A program made the position numbers and the translations under genes. This document shows, in pieces, positions 39,429-52,275 of a stretch of DNA of 64,000 bases. Numbering within the stretch: position 1 is the stretch's first letter; the number at the start of each line of letters is the position of its first letter. The notes under the pieces were generated by a model, which saw only the letters and a list, made by a program, of their open reading frames with translations, was not told the origin of the DNA and searched no databases. The DNA comes from Lophium mytilinum (lineage: Eukaryota). The stretch lies in the NCBI GenBank assembly GCA_010093605.1, contig MU004191.1, forward strand, positions 1,100,816-1,164,815. Direction: 5' to 3'.

Positions 39429-41747
39429 ATGGCCCATCAGGTCTACCAGCCTTCCACCCTCTTTGCAGACACTACTATTTCCTCGACCTCCTCCGCCGCC
39501 CCCGTCTCGACGCCCGCGTCGTCCTCTAACAACACCACCTTCCTGATGTCCGCCAGCCCGATGCGCACCCGGAAGGCTGCCACCGACAGCTACCGCCCCA
39601 AGATCATCTCCACCATCGGTGCCAAGCCTGCCTGTCTCGTCAATGCCTCCGTCACCTACGTGGGGAACGACCAGATATATGCCTTTGGTGGATTTGATCA
39701 GTACACCGATGAAGGTGTGTGCTTCATGTCTTAAGAAACTGGGCTATTGTGGACTAACACATGCAGTGTACAACCATGTGCTCAGATTAAATCTTGCTTC
39801 AAAGCAGTGGAATCTCGTTGATAATTATGGGGACATCCCTGGGGTCCGGATGGGTGAGTGCTACTAGTTTCACACTCTCGCCTCTAATCACCTAACTCAA
39901 GAGCAGGCCACACGGCAAACCTCTGGCAGGGAGATAAGTTGCTCGTATACGGCGGAGAAAACGAACATCGCGCCTATCTCTCTGACGTTATCATATTCGA
40001 CCTCAAGACTGCCCACTGGACCCAACCCGAGCTCAATGGACCTGCCCCTAGGGGCCGAGCTCGACATTCCGCCGTCATCCACGATGAGAAGCTCTATATC
40101 TGCGGTGGTATGACTGGGCACGAGAGCTATGTCCTTGACGACATATGCTATCTCGACTTGAAAACCTGGACCTGGTCACGCACCTGGAGATTCGTGCCAC
40201 GTTACGACCACACGAGCTGGATCTGGAATGGCCGCATCTGGATATTCGGAGGTCTTGGCGAGGATATGGAGCGGATGAGCGAGATCTGGTGGCTGGATAT
40301 ACGCGGTAGCCCCGCCTTTGAAGCCCCCATGACATATGGATCGGGAGAACGCCACTTGACGGCATCTAGATATCAGAGAGGGTATCCCTTCACCAACAGC
40401 AATCCTCCCCAGACTGGTACAACCGGATACGTTGCGAACTCCAGCAGTGTGCAGAGCAATCCCAGCCAGCTCTCCGCTAATCGGAACCCTCCTGTAGCTC
40501 CAGGCTCAATATCCTCCCTGAAGTTCCATTCTAGTCCGAATCTGCCAACCCAGGCTTTGGGAACACATTTTCATGTCTATTCTTCAGGATGTCTGCTGGA
40601 CTTCGTTACACCAGCAAGCATCATCTCGTCTTTCGAAACGAGTCTCTCCGCTCTGGATTTGGACACGCTACAGTGGCAGAAACTGGCTGATGGCAAGGAT
40701 CTGTTCAATCCCGGATATCGTTGGCATTACTGCGCTATGAACGAGGACGGCACGCAGGCCTGGCTACTTGGTTGCCCGAATGAGCCAACCAACAACGCTG
40801 GCGATGCGACTGGAGAGTATCTGAGCGACGTTCTACCAATTGACCTCCGTAAATTAGGTCTCCTGGGCAATTCTTTGACGAACGAGTCTCGATCGAAGAC
40901 CAAGATCCCATCATCGGACGCCAACATTTCCTCTTATCTCTCCGGAATCGGCGCCGATCTCGCCAAGACGTTCGACCAGCGGCCTGAAGACGGAAGCGGT
41001 GCTGATTTCTCCATTACTGCAGACCGCGACGACGATTATGACGTAGTGGACGACTCCTCTATGACCGAGAGTGGTGTATCGGGAGCCTCCATCAACACTT
41101 CGCCCCCGATCCACGTTCACAAGCTTATTCTACAAGCACGATGGCCCCACTTCGCGCGTCTGTTGTCTGCACAGATGCTGGAATATCACACCAAGAAAAT
41201 GCACATTCCAGAACCGTACTCGGCCGTTCGCTCTTTTCTGTACTATCTGTACACAGATAGCATCGCTAACTACCCACCCCATGGTCCTTCGCTTTCCGAT
41301 GTTGCTGGCATGCTGGTCATGGCCAACATCTATGACATGCCCCGTTTACGCCTCCTGTGCGTGAACCGCTTGTGGAAAGAACTCGACGTTGAACATGCAG
41401 CCATCATTTGGGAACGTGCTGGTACAGCCAACGAGGAGTGGCTCAAACGACGTGCCGGTGCTTTCTGCATGCTACATTGGGGACGAGTCGTGCGGACCGC
41501 AGGATTCAAGAGCTTAAGCCGTGGGAGCATTATTGAAATCTGCGAAGAGGTCGATATTGAGGGCAGAGTCGTCGGTGGAGACGAGCTCGAAATATTCGGC
41601 GGTCTTGGAGGCGGTCGTTTCGGCGTTGGAGGCTCTGGAAGAGACGGCAGAAAGAGAAGCATCGGCAGTGCGGGAGTCTTAGGAGGTGGCGAAGACGATG
41701 GAGAGGGCGATGGTGAAGATGAAGACGAAGGAATGGAGCTGAACTAG
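39429..41747 (+). CDS. Kelch-repeat + BTB protein, Ral2-like
   Basis: Kelch repeats (IYAFGG, LLVYGG, LYICGG, IWIFGG) and C-terminal BTB (IHVHKLILQARWPHF...FLYYLYTD); introns 39715-39766 and 39854-39906. Confidence 0.85.
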
Positions 41748-42268
41748 CGTTTGTCAGTATGAATGGAGGAAACCGGTACTGATCTCACGGCAACGCGAGA
41801 TTTCCTATTTGGAGGAACTCTCGTCGGGACGACTGTTATGATTGTTGATTGATTAAGCGTTGGCGTCCAGTGTTTATGAAAATGGCTCCTCTTTTCCTTC
41901 TATATCGGGGTTGAATTTGCGGTCAAACGGGCATCTTCTGGGAGTATCGGCATGCGGGTATCAGGCTTACATTTAACGAGTCGATCTCGTCACCAACGAA
42001 ACGTATGGGAGAATGACAAACCAAGGTAGCTTGATAGATACAACATGGTAATAACGTCATGAAACTGATGAATACACACACATCGGCAATCTCATGTGCT
42101 TCGGTCTATAACCCCTGAAAGTGAGGGGACTTTAAAACCCCGCGCTCGTCATCGGACAATTGACACCGAAGCTCTCGAACTTTTATACCCCCACTCCCCC
42201 GCCAGGCACTCAATCAACAACAACACTACTCTAACCCTTCTTTCCATCTCAAACCTCAATCACTCACC

Positions 42269-43171
42269 ATGGCGAAACTCCTTAAGCAGCCCCTCAAGCT
42301 CGCGCTCATCCAATTAGCCTCGACCGCCGACAAAACGCACAACCTCGCGCACGCCCGTACCAAAGTCCTCGAAGCCGCGCGCGCCGGCGCGCGCGTCGTC
42401 GTCCTCCCCGAATGCTTCAACTCGCCCTACGGCACGAAATACTTCGCGCAGTACTCGGAAACGCTGCTGCCCTCGCCGCCATCGGAGAAGCAATCCCCGT
42501 CCTTCCACGCGCTGAGCGCCATGGCGAAGGAAGGCGGCGTGTACCTGGTCGGCGGCAGCATCCCCGAGCGCGGGCCGGCCAGCGACAACGACGGCAAGAG
42601 TCTCTACAACACCAGCCTGACTTTCTCGCCCAAGGGGGAGCTGCTGGCGACGCATCGGAAGGTGCATCTCTTCGATATCGATATCCCGGGCAAGATCAAG
42701 TTTAAGGAGAGCGAGGTGCTGAGCCCCGGCAACAAGATCACGATTGTTGACTTGCCGGAGTACGGGAAGATTGCGATTGCGATTTGCTATGATATTCGCT
42801 TCCCGGAGCTGGCGACGATTGCGGCGCGCAAGGGTGCGTTTTTGTTGCTGTACCCTGGGGCGTTTAATCTGACGACGGGCGCGCTGCATTGGGAGTTGTT
42901 GGCGAGGGCACGGGCGACGGATAATCAGGTGTATGTGGGGTTGTGCAGCCCGGCGAGGGATATGGAGGCGGAGTATAATGCGTGGGGGCATAGTATGGTG
43001 GTGGATCCGAATGCGGCGGTGCTGGAGCAGTTGGATGAGAAGGAGGGGACTGTGTATGCGGAACTGAAGGGGGAGAGGGTGGAAGAGGTGAGGAGTGGGA
43101 TTCCGTTGAGAGATCAGAGGCGGTTTGATGTTTATCCGGATGTTAGTGAAGGTGGGAAGTTCGAGGAGTAG
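42269..43171 (+). CDS. NIT3: Carbon-nitrogen hydrolase, omega-amidase Nit3 (mammalian NIT2)-like
   Basis: Catalytic E-K-C in LPECFNSPYG, HRKVHLFDIDIPG, ICYDIRFPE; PGAFNLTTG..HW; single exon. Confidence 0.93.
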   Translation: MAKLLKQPLKLALIQLASTADKTHNLAHARTKVLEAARAGARVVVLPECFNSPYGTKYFAQYSETLLPSPPSEKQSPSFHALSAMAKEGGVYLVGGSIPERGPASDNDGKSLYNTSLTFSPKGELLATHRKVHLFDIDIPGKIKFKESEVLSPGNKITIVDLPEYGKIAIAICYDIRFPELATIAARKGAFLLLYPGAFNLTTGALHWELLARARATDNQVYVGLCSPARDMEAEYNAWGHSMVVDPNAAVLEQLDEKEGTVYAELKGERVEEVRSGIPLRDQRRFDVYPDVSEGGKFEE

Positions 43172-43367
43172 GGGAGGTGGCATCAGCTTCGAGCGTTGCC
43201 ACTAGGAGTCAAAAGAAGGGACAATGGCATGAATTAGGCTAAGGTGGTCGAGATCACACACCTATGGCATTCGTTGTATGTATATATTCGTTCTAAACAT
43301 CTCATGAGCATCACGCGCTCTACCGTTTCCTATGCAACTAGACTTCATCCTCCATAATCTAGTATCT

Positions 43368-43655
43368 CTATAGTTTACTCCCTCTCACACTCTGCGCATG
43401 TGTCTTGTCCTCCTCCCGTATGTCCCTGGCCCCGTCTTTCCCCTCACTGCCAACCGTTCCACCATCTTGCGAAGTGCGATCAGGCACAGGATCTGAGTCG
43501 CCAGACTCGACTTTTAAGCTCCCTGGGTCACCAAGAGAGGTGCGGTTTGCGTCTGAGTCTGGGTTTGCTTTTGCATTCTCGATGGCCTCTTGTGTCTTTG
43601 GGTTTGATAGCGTACCGCGAACGGTTTTGGAGTGTGGTTGGTCGTTTGAGGGCAT
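43368..43655 (-). CDS. Small hydrophilic hypothetical protein (95 aa)
   Basis: ATG-started ORF in the gap between Nit3 and PAF-AH, preceded by TATA-like sequence; LGDPGSLKVE motif; ends in SKL (possible PTS1). Confidence 0.6.
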   Translation of the reverse strand: MPSNDQPHSKTVRGTLSNPKTQEAIENAKANPDSDANRTSLGDPGSLKVESGDSDPVPDRTSQDGGTVGSEGKDGARDIREEDKTHAQSVRGSKL

Positions 43656-44162
43656 AGTTGGGTAGTGAAGAGAAATAGTTATGTCTCTGTGGAGGGGGAC
43701 GTCCGCGAGGTAAATTGGAGAGGATTTGAGATGTTTGGGTATTGCCGGGCAATCTAGATTCGTTTATTCCTGGAGAGGATGGGAGAAGATGGAGCGAAGA
43801 TGCGTGTGTATAATGGGGAGTATGTCAGTTACGAGTAGTCATTATGTGCATTATGTACATTGTCTGAAAGCATCATAGACTAGCGACTGATAGGCCGGCA
43901 CACAACGCTTAACTATATTCAGTGGAGTGACGTCTTTCATTGTGTTTGATCACGTGACTGGGATGCTACAGCGGCTAACGAATGAGAAGGGATGCTATAA
44001 GCTAAGCGGTCGAATATCAATAGCCTAAGCCTGGAAGTCGCAATTTCTACTAGTAACTCCTTATTTCGCCCTCGTGCTGTTATTTTCCAGGTGTACAGAA
44101 CTCCACGCTGTTACTCGCTAGTCAAGTATCAGTAAAGTACTAGATAGCCACCCACAACAGAT

Positions 44163-46358
44163 TTAACCCCTTAGAACCTTTTCCTCACGGTCTCCAGTAT
44201 CTTCAACATCAGTGATACCCTCCCCAACGCCTCCAAGCGCCACCTCTTGCTTCTCACCCCCGCCTAGCCCTATTTCTTCTGTACTCTGTTCGTTTCTCCT
44301 CTGCTCCCTCCACTTCTCGAACTCTTCCTTCTCCGTCCTCACATGCATCCAAATCTCCTCTCCCACCTCTCCACCCCCCTTCCCCATCTTCCTCTTCCCT
44401 TTCCTCATAAGCTTCGCCCCCAGCCTCGTCCGAAACTCATGCGGAATCTTCAAACGCGCCGCAATCCACTTATCGTTCGGCCGTCTCTCCTCCGGCAACT
44501 CATCCGTCACCTCCGTCCTTAGCAGTCCCTCATCCAGCATACATCTTTCCAGAATCGCCTTTCCGCCCCCTTGCTCACCCATCACCGCTTTCAAGAACTC
44601 CAAGCTCGCGCTGATGTTGAGATCGAGCGCGCGCTTCGGGTTCGCCGTCGCTTTGAGCAGAAACGAGCAGGTGGCTGGGTAGAGGATGGAGAAGTCGGAC
44701 TGCGAGACATGGACGGTGCCGCGCACGGTCGTCAGCCAGGCCGGGGAGCCATGGTCGCGGGCTTCCTTGATGAGGGAAGAGACGGCGGAGAAGTTGGAGG
44801 GCCAGTACACGAAGGCTTCGCTGTTGATGCCGAGGAGAGGGGTGTGGATGCGGTGCCGTTGGTTGTCCTCGGGAGGGTGGATAGCGGCGCTGAAAACGGT
44901 TTTATTAGAGATAGCTGAAGGGGGGAAATGGGGATAGCATACCCCCATATATCGTAGATGATGCCTTGCTCTACGTGCTTGAATCTGTCCGCGTGGCGGA
45001 GCACTTCGATGGTTGTGGCGGCGCCGAAGGAGTGTCCGGCTACGGTGCAGCGTTCGGTGTGGAAGCGGTGTTTCCATGCGTCCCAGTTGACTCCTTCTAG
45101 ACCTCGAGAACTAGAGCCAACGTAGCCTTTTCGGCGGAGGTTCTTGCGGGCGACCTCTTCGCCCTCGCCGTTGCAGATTTGGCACAGGATGCGGTATGCT
45201 TCCTCGAGTTCAGCAAGACGAAGTTCAATCTGCGCGTCGCGGAGTTCTTTATCGGGCCCCTTCTCATTCAGAGGGGAGGTGTCCCATCTGTTGCCTATGA
45301 GGTGTTAGCCTAGTATTTCAAATCGGGTCCGGAGTAGATGCGCTGTGCTGGCTATACCCTTAGGGAAGACATAATCCTGGGCATAGTTAGTGGCAGTATA
45401 TATGCCGGGGAGTATATGAAGAACTTACGATTTGATCGTAACCTTTCTTTTTCTGCTTCTCGCAATGGTCAATGTTCTCATTCTGCACCAAGTCATCGAG
45501 ACTCCCCTTTCCCTCTTTTGCATGATTCACGAAAGTCCTCGGGCCCGATCCATCTCGGTGCTCTACAGCGCATACTACAAATCCGTAACTTGCGAACTGT
45601 ACACTGTCAGACGCACGAAAGCAATCATGAAGAGGAACTTGTTGTACTTCACCACACAAACTCGAATACATCGTTCTCGTCCCTCCCAGCCCATGACTAA
45701 AAAACATAAGCGGAAACGTGGGCTCATCCTCCTTGCCCTCCGGAGCTGGACCCTCTCTATTCTTCACCTTCCCAGGCCCATGTCTGCTGCGAAAGTTCTC
45801 AGGCGGCGGCCAGTGCGTCGCAGGTCTCGAGTTCCTGAACGCGGGTATCTTCGTAAACATAGTGGTAGCACCAAAAAACGGCACGGCGATATCTCCCAAA
45901 CCTGCGAACTTGCCGTAGCCTTGTGCGGTCCTGATTCGAGGTCGTGGTAGCCAGGTTTGCCGCGACCACTTGCGGTTGCCGGAGGGGTCCTTACCGGCGC
46001 CAGATCCGAAGGCGGAGGGATAGTAGATGGTCATTAGAACGGTTTCCAGCCTCAGGATGTGGTGGCCGTGGCGTTTGATGTGGGAGAAGGTTTGGGGTTT
46101 CTGTGCCGGGATCTCGAGTTCCATGATACCGACCTAGATACGTTAGTTTCGCTTCCGCATCTCTCACGTACTGATATAGAGTAAGAAACATACACTATAC
46201 GGCCCTGAATACTTCGGTAAGCTGCTTTGGAGAAATCCGGCCTTATCGCGGAAGCTCTGCGGTGGGCGACTCTTCGGCTTTTTTGCATTTGGGATGCTGC
46301 TGGGCCGATGTTGAGACTCATGGCTCTTTTTCCCAGTGATTCGATCAGGAATTGACAT
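44163..46358 (-). CDS. Platelet-activating-factor acetylhydrolase II-like alpha/beta hydrolase
   Basis: LPKYSGPYSV, FSHGLGG, ASYGFVVCAVEHRDGS, nucleophile GHSFGAAT, INSEAF, HVSQSDF; five introns including a 19-nt exon 45358-45376. Confidence 0.9.
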
Positions 46359-46949
46359 TATGAATATGGCATATACAGGTCGCAACGGTTGATGTGAAAG
46401 GAAAGAAATATCTTAGAATGAATCAACTTTTGCAGCAGATATGCTGTTCTTCTAATAATGCGAGAACGACATCACGATGAATTTTAGTGGACTAAAAAGT
46501 CTTAGATGTGATAGCTGGACAGTTGAGCACGAGATGTAGAGTCAACGGGAAACGGAACGCAAATTGTACTTCTCCGTAATGATCCAAAGGCGAATTATAC
46601 ATCCCGGATGCGCGAGGAAGAATAGCACATCTACTAAACTTAGCGTGATGTTGAGTAAATGCTCGACGTCATTTGGTCAGAGCTTTTGCACGTGCGTCCG
46701 GATCTGGACCCAACAAAATTCCGGAGATGTTGAGACTAGGTAAACAAACTTCACATAGCTATCGCCAGCATCGAAATCACATCACCATAGGCTCTGGAAT
46801 CAAGAGTTAGAACATAGTACTTTGCATACGTAACGAATGGTATATAGGTATCATAACAGCAAATCATCAAAGCATCTCGCAGCCATATATTCTTAGAAGA
46901 TCAACGTAGGCGCGGCTCATCTGATCGAACAACAGCAGTTGAGGTATCT

Positions 46950-49335
46950 CTACTGCTTGCCCGGTAGTTCGGCAACTTTCTCAGTCGGCGTTCCAGGGCC
47001 AGAATCTTCAACCAAAGCAGCCTCGCCATGGACAACATTCTTTCCAAACTTCTTCTTGCCGGTAATATCCAAGAAGATGCTCTTGAACGTGTGCGAGCTG
47101 GTCTTGCGGCCCTCCCATAGCGGGTACAGACCGACACAGAAGGCGGAGCAGAACATCCAGAGGATGCCAACAACGACCCAGCCGGTGAAGAATTTTTTAG
47201 AGAACACGTAGCCGCTGCCGTACATAGGCATGGGCCAGAGGACGAGGAGGGCAATCGTCATGAACACCGTCATGTAGCGGGCGATCTTGGAAGCCCTGAG
47301 TAGTTTGGTTTGCTCTGCCTCTTCTTCGATGACTGAGTTGCTGCGTTCTCCGGGAAGCTGCTCCAAGTCAACGTTCGCCTCGGCTGCCAGATCGTGGTCA
47401 TCGCCCTTGCGAATGGCCTTCATTGAGAGCCAATCGTAATGCTGGAGGCCACCAGCAGCGAAAGTGAGAACGGGGACGAAGATCAGGGGCGAAAGAAGCG
47501 CGACAACGTTGCCAGCCAGCATGGGGTTATTGGCTCCGGTAGTGGCAACATTGAGTTGACCACCCTGCTTCTTCGCGGTCACCAACCACGCAATGAGTGC
47601 GCAGGCGAATCCAAGAATGGGAGAAAAGGTGGCGGCCGCCCAGTTTTGACCACTCCACATGAGGGTAAGCGTGGCTGGAAGCACAGCAGAAGAGATTATG
47701 ACACCCATCAACAGGTACAGGTATCCCATGGAGATTCCAATATAGTGCAATGCGGTAGACCAAGCAGCCATGGCGATAGCAAAGCCAATGACCATGCTGT
47801 GGGACATGTAAATGAGCTGCTTGCCAGTCGCCTTGGGGTTGATGTAGGTCTGGTAGAAATCGTAGGTCCAGATGGAAGAGACAGCGATAAGCTCGGCAGA
47901 CATGGCAGATGTGACGGCCATGAAAACGAGAAGCAGAGTGGCCACAGCACCTCCTTTGCCCATCATGGCGACAGCGGCCGTGGGAAGGACCAATCCAGCT
48001 GAGACATCGGCATCGAGCATACGGCCAGGATAGGGGAAGTTCGGGTGACCTTCAAGAGCAAGTGCAGCAAGTCCCATGGTAGTGGCCGCGAGCCAGGGAA
48101 TCGCGAACCAAGACAAGCCGCCCATGATGTAACCTGGAAGGGCATCAACTGGGCTGGCTGCAATGGCCTTGTTGTAGTACCCGTTGTCACAGAAGACGGT
48201 TCCGAAGTTGCCAACAATGTTGATGACGAAGAAAATGGCTCCTTCTTTCGAGCGCATGGTCATGTAGCTGCCATCTTTGTTTCCTGGGACTGGGTGAGCC
48301 TTGGCCGCCGCGACCACAAGGTCGTAGACTTTGCTAGGGCTGCCCAATTGATCATTGGTTGCGTAGGCCGTGAACGCAAAAGTCAGGAGAATGACAATAA
48401 TAACCACGGTGTGAGCATAATCAGTAAGGAAGGTTGCCTTGATTCCACCAAACATGGTGTACAAAACGACACCAACAGGAAGGAGGAAGCAGGCTGCCGC
48501 GGTGGGCACTCCGGTAAGCTGCAAACTGTTAATATTGAAACCGGATTACAATGAAACCATTCTGATCTTACCGAAGTCACAACGGCAGAGCCACCGGTGA
48601 GTAACATGGAGGTGACCAGGATGTTGGTGAAAATGCCGAAGACCATGAAGACAATGTGAGTGATGCCGCCATAACGTGCTCGAATGACCTCGAGGAATGT
48701 ATGGGCGTTGGGAGCTCGGCGCTTGAGCTCAATTGCGATGGTGGCGAACAGAATGATTTGTACTGTGGCACCCGAAGCGTACCAAAAAGGACCAGAAACA
48801 CCATAGCGATACGCAACACCAGAGGATTGTAGCAGCGTTGCAGCCCATGTCCAGGATGACACAACAGCGGAAGCAACCAGACCGGACTTGACAGTCCTGC
48901 CTGCCGTGCTGAACATCTCCGAGGTCTGGAGTTCATTGTTGTACCTATGTGATGTCAGTAGCGGTTCGGTAGATGCTAAACGACATGGGACCAAAGGTCG
49001 ACGTGGGGGTTTTGACCACGACCACAACCCCAACACTTTCAAGGTGTGAAGCTCGAATCCAACAATGTAAAGTGGCTGCAAGCTCAGTCGAGGCTGAGGG
49101 CAACTGATCGATGTAGATTGAGATTGTAGCTGCTGTATACAGCCACGCGCAGCTTTTGTGAGAAGATATCACGTACCTCTTGAGCACAAAAGTGGTAACA
49201 ATCATACCGAAGCTACTCAACGTCAGCGGGAAGTCAAGTTGAGAAAGCTCAAGGAGGAACACACGCAAAGGCAAAGCCCAAGCCGACAACGACGCCGTAG
49301 CCGGCGCCCTGTCCGAGCGGGGGTTGGAACGACAT
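46950..49335 (-). CDS. DUR3: Urea active transporter (sodium:solute symporter family)
   Basis: [62 protein letters not shown], many TM helices; three introns, including 48945-49176. Confidence 0.95.
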
Positions 49336-49654
49336 AGCTGCGATAGTCTGATGAAGCTGTGGGATGAGGGTTGCAGCTGTTAGGAAGTACTCCGCACACA
49401 GGATTCGAAATGGTGCAGCAGGCTTGAATATAAATATGAGCGCTGAGCAATGGGTTCCCCGGGCTAGAGCGCCGCTAGTAGAGAAAATTGCAGAGGTGTG
49501 TCTGTGATGGAGCTATGATACTCAAGGAGCTTTAATCGGCAGAGCGGGCGTATAGGCGGCTGGGCCTCCCGTGGCGTGGAGCTTTCAGCCATGGGTGCTG
49601 GCGACTGCATCCGCGGATTCTGGTTGCGTGAAACAAGCTACACGTAAATCGGCT

Positions 49655-50445
49655 GATAAGGGGACTGGACGGGGATACTTGGCGGGGACGGTTGATAAGG
49701 CGCAAAGAGTGACTAAACAGAAAACCTCACGCTGTAGGCCAATGAACGTAGGCACCAGTCACGAGACACTGCACCACAAACACGATCGCCGCGCTGCAAC
49801 GGTCGAATGGGGCTGCGCTGGGGCTGCGCTGGGGCCGCTGCTTCGGAAAATCTGGAGAAGATTGAAGCCTTCGGCGCGCTGCGAGGTGCACCACGGCCAG
49901 TGCCCGGCCCGTGACAGCCCTGCGATTGCGGGTCCAGCCCTAGTCGACCCGCATGTGAGGGCGGGAATGCCAGCATGGCGTGGGCATTTTCAGCTTGCTT
50001 TTGCTGCTTCTTCTGAAGCGACGCGCGACGAGGTTGGAGGAAAGGATGCAGTCCCATCAAGCTCTGGCGTGGCCGTAAGAAAAAGGCCCCAGTGCCTCGC
50101 TTGGGATGGTCGCAAGCGTCGTGATTGGCCCCGTGTGCAGCTTATCGTGTCTTGCCGGCAAGCCACTCGGTTGCGGCATCAAACGCAGTCCACCTCCAGC
50201 CCTGTGGGGGATCTTTTCGCGATATTTTTTGCTGCTGCTATTTGCTCGTCCGAGACTGCAGAGGTAGCGCCAGCCCGCTCTGGACTGGCCACCTGCTGCC
50301 CTGCATCCTTCTTCAACAACCTCACTCCGCTGGCGATCCAACTCATCTCGTCGACGCCTCTTGGTGCGGGGCGATTGCTGCCCGCGGATGCTTGGGTTAT
50401 CCTAGCATTCCAGCAAGCTGAGGGCCCAGAGCCACAAATCTTATC
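49655..50445. promoter_or_regulatory. Clustered GATAAG sites (AreA/Nit2-type) upstream of DUR3
   Basis: GATAAG 49655-49660 and 49694-49699; CTTATC 50141-50146 and 50440-50445. Confidence 0.55.
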
Positions 50446-51390
50446 TGAATCTCAACACAGCTCGCAGATGACTGGCTGGACGATGGATCGGCAATCTCAT
50501 CGCAGAAGCAGAAGCAACTGGAGGCTGGCTGGTGGACTCGGCCTGGGACCCCGCTGGTAGACTTTGCTGGGTAGCGTGCCCAAGTGCCTGTACCTCAGCG
50601 AGGGCCTGTACCGTAGCGTAGGGCTGGCAGAGACTGCTCCGATATCGTTCGTTGTATCGAGAAGAATTTGGACAGTCTGAAAAACTTTTCACTCACATCG
50701 TCGAAGCAATGCAAGCATTGACGTCCCCACCCCCACAGCTCCAACCTGTAGCGCCCGGGCAGACGTGGGCGTCGGCGGCCTCGTCTTGCCTCCCCATTCG
50801 GCGCGTATTTGCAACCAAGACGATGCAGGTCATTGATGTGGGGGGCCATGTTCGTCAAACATTTCTCAAAAAAGACGCACATGCGCACCGTTCGATTACT
50901 GGTCGTATTGGCGTATGCAGCTTGAGCCCTCGAACGCCCTGTGAAGAGCCACAAGGTTTGGGGGGAAATGGTGGAGCGGAAGCTTTGTGCTCGGGCCCTC
51001 GAAGTTTGAAATGCTCGTCTCTGATTCGTCAGAATGCTCCAGCTAGTCGCTCCCTTCCGATGCTTCGTCAGTTGGGACCGGCCGACGCCGCAAAATGCAC
51101 GCAGGTTGAAGTCTCACAGCGCCCGCAGAGTGGAGCCGAGATTAAGGGAGCGGGAGATGGTCGTCTTTGTGTCCGTTCGATTGGCTATTCAGCATTGCAC
51201 GGCTTCGAGAAATCCCTCGGCCAAACAAACTTCGACTTCATGTCATTAACAAAGTCATCATAGCGCAACCTCACCGCTCCGCTTCTGCGAATAACTTGGA
51301 TGAAACCCCCCATGTTCACACTCAAATTCCAAAAAGAAAGATTCGCCGCCATTTCTGTCGCTACGTCCCTTTGGAGGTCGCGAACCCCAA

Positions 51391-51420
51391 CCTCATCAAC
51401 TTGTACCTCATCAACTTGTA
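51391..51420. repeat. 15-bp perfect tandem duplication
   Basis: cctcatcaacttgta x2. Confidence 0.85.
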
Positions 51421-52275
51421 CGTCTCTGACAAAATAAACGACCCGTCAGACTAATCCTCAGAGTTACTGTGACACCTAGTCTACCATCGTCCCATTCACA
51501 CACCTCGCAATATTCGATTTGCCAGTCCTCGAAACTAACATTCAACCTCATACTAAGAAACAACAGAGATTACATCCAAACTCGATCCCGCTCAACTTGA
51601 AAACACCAAGAAAGCGCCAGAAAGCTCCTCCAAATTACCACGATTAAATCCACCTCCCAGCAGTCCACCCTGCTAAAACACTCAAAGGAACAAAAACCGC
51701 GACACCAGCCTCGCGTGACAAGTCCTACCTACACCAAGCACCTACTCCCCTACTCCAAGCACCTCCTCGATCTCCAGCGCACTACCACCCTCCCTCTCTA
51801 CCACACTAGCCCCAGCCCCTCCAAACACACTCCCTATCCTGTAGTCCAAAACACTTAAAAAGCAGGAATCGAGAGCGAGGCTGCAAGTGCTTACGTTAAA
51901 ATTATACCGTTTAGGAAATGCGAGCGAGGGTGGCTGACGGGGTGCGCCGGGAATCCTCAGATGATGCTAACAGCACAGACAATCGCGTGCTGCCCACCCG
52001 CGCGAATAAAGAACAACCGCATTCCTTAAAACCCCCTTGCCTTTCTCGCTCTTCTGTTTTTCTGCATCGGCTGGCATCGGTTTCGTCTTGTCGCGGAAAC
52101 GCTCGCGGCAAGCCCTAATGTTATTTTCGGAGCTAAGCGCTTAGCACAAATAGGTGAGTATATCACCACAAGCAACAACAACGCACTCTTGACGAATAGA
52201 GTCTAACTCTTGTATTACAGAGCCCGCTAATATGGATTTTGACTGCCCTCCCAACACATGCCAGGTTTTGGATAT

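Noticed and set aside
42314..43183. 289-aa minus-strand ORF
   Set aside because: Antisense shadow of NIT3 caused by its biased codon usage
48945..49176. TPP riboswitch in the DUR3 intron (fungal urea-transporter-like genes such as Neurospora NCU01977 carry one)
   Set aside because: No CTGAGA or downstream TPP aptamer core on the sense strand, and the protein looks like a true Dur3/UreA
49571..51263. 329-aa and 203-aa + strand ORFs upstream of DUR3
   Set aside because: Non-ATG starts, no domain features, and they overlap the GATA-rich promoter; likely chance ORFs in GC-rich DNA
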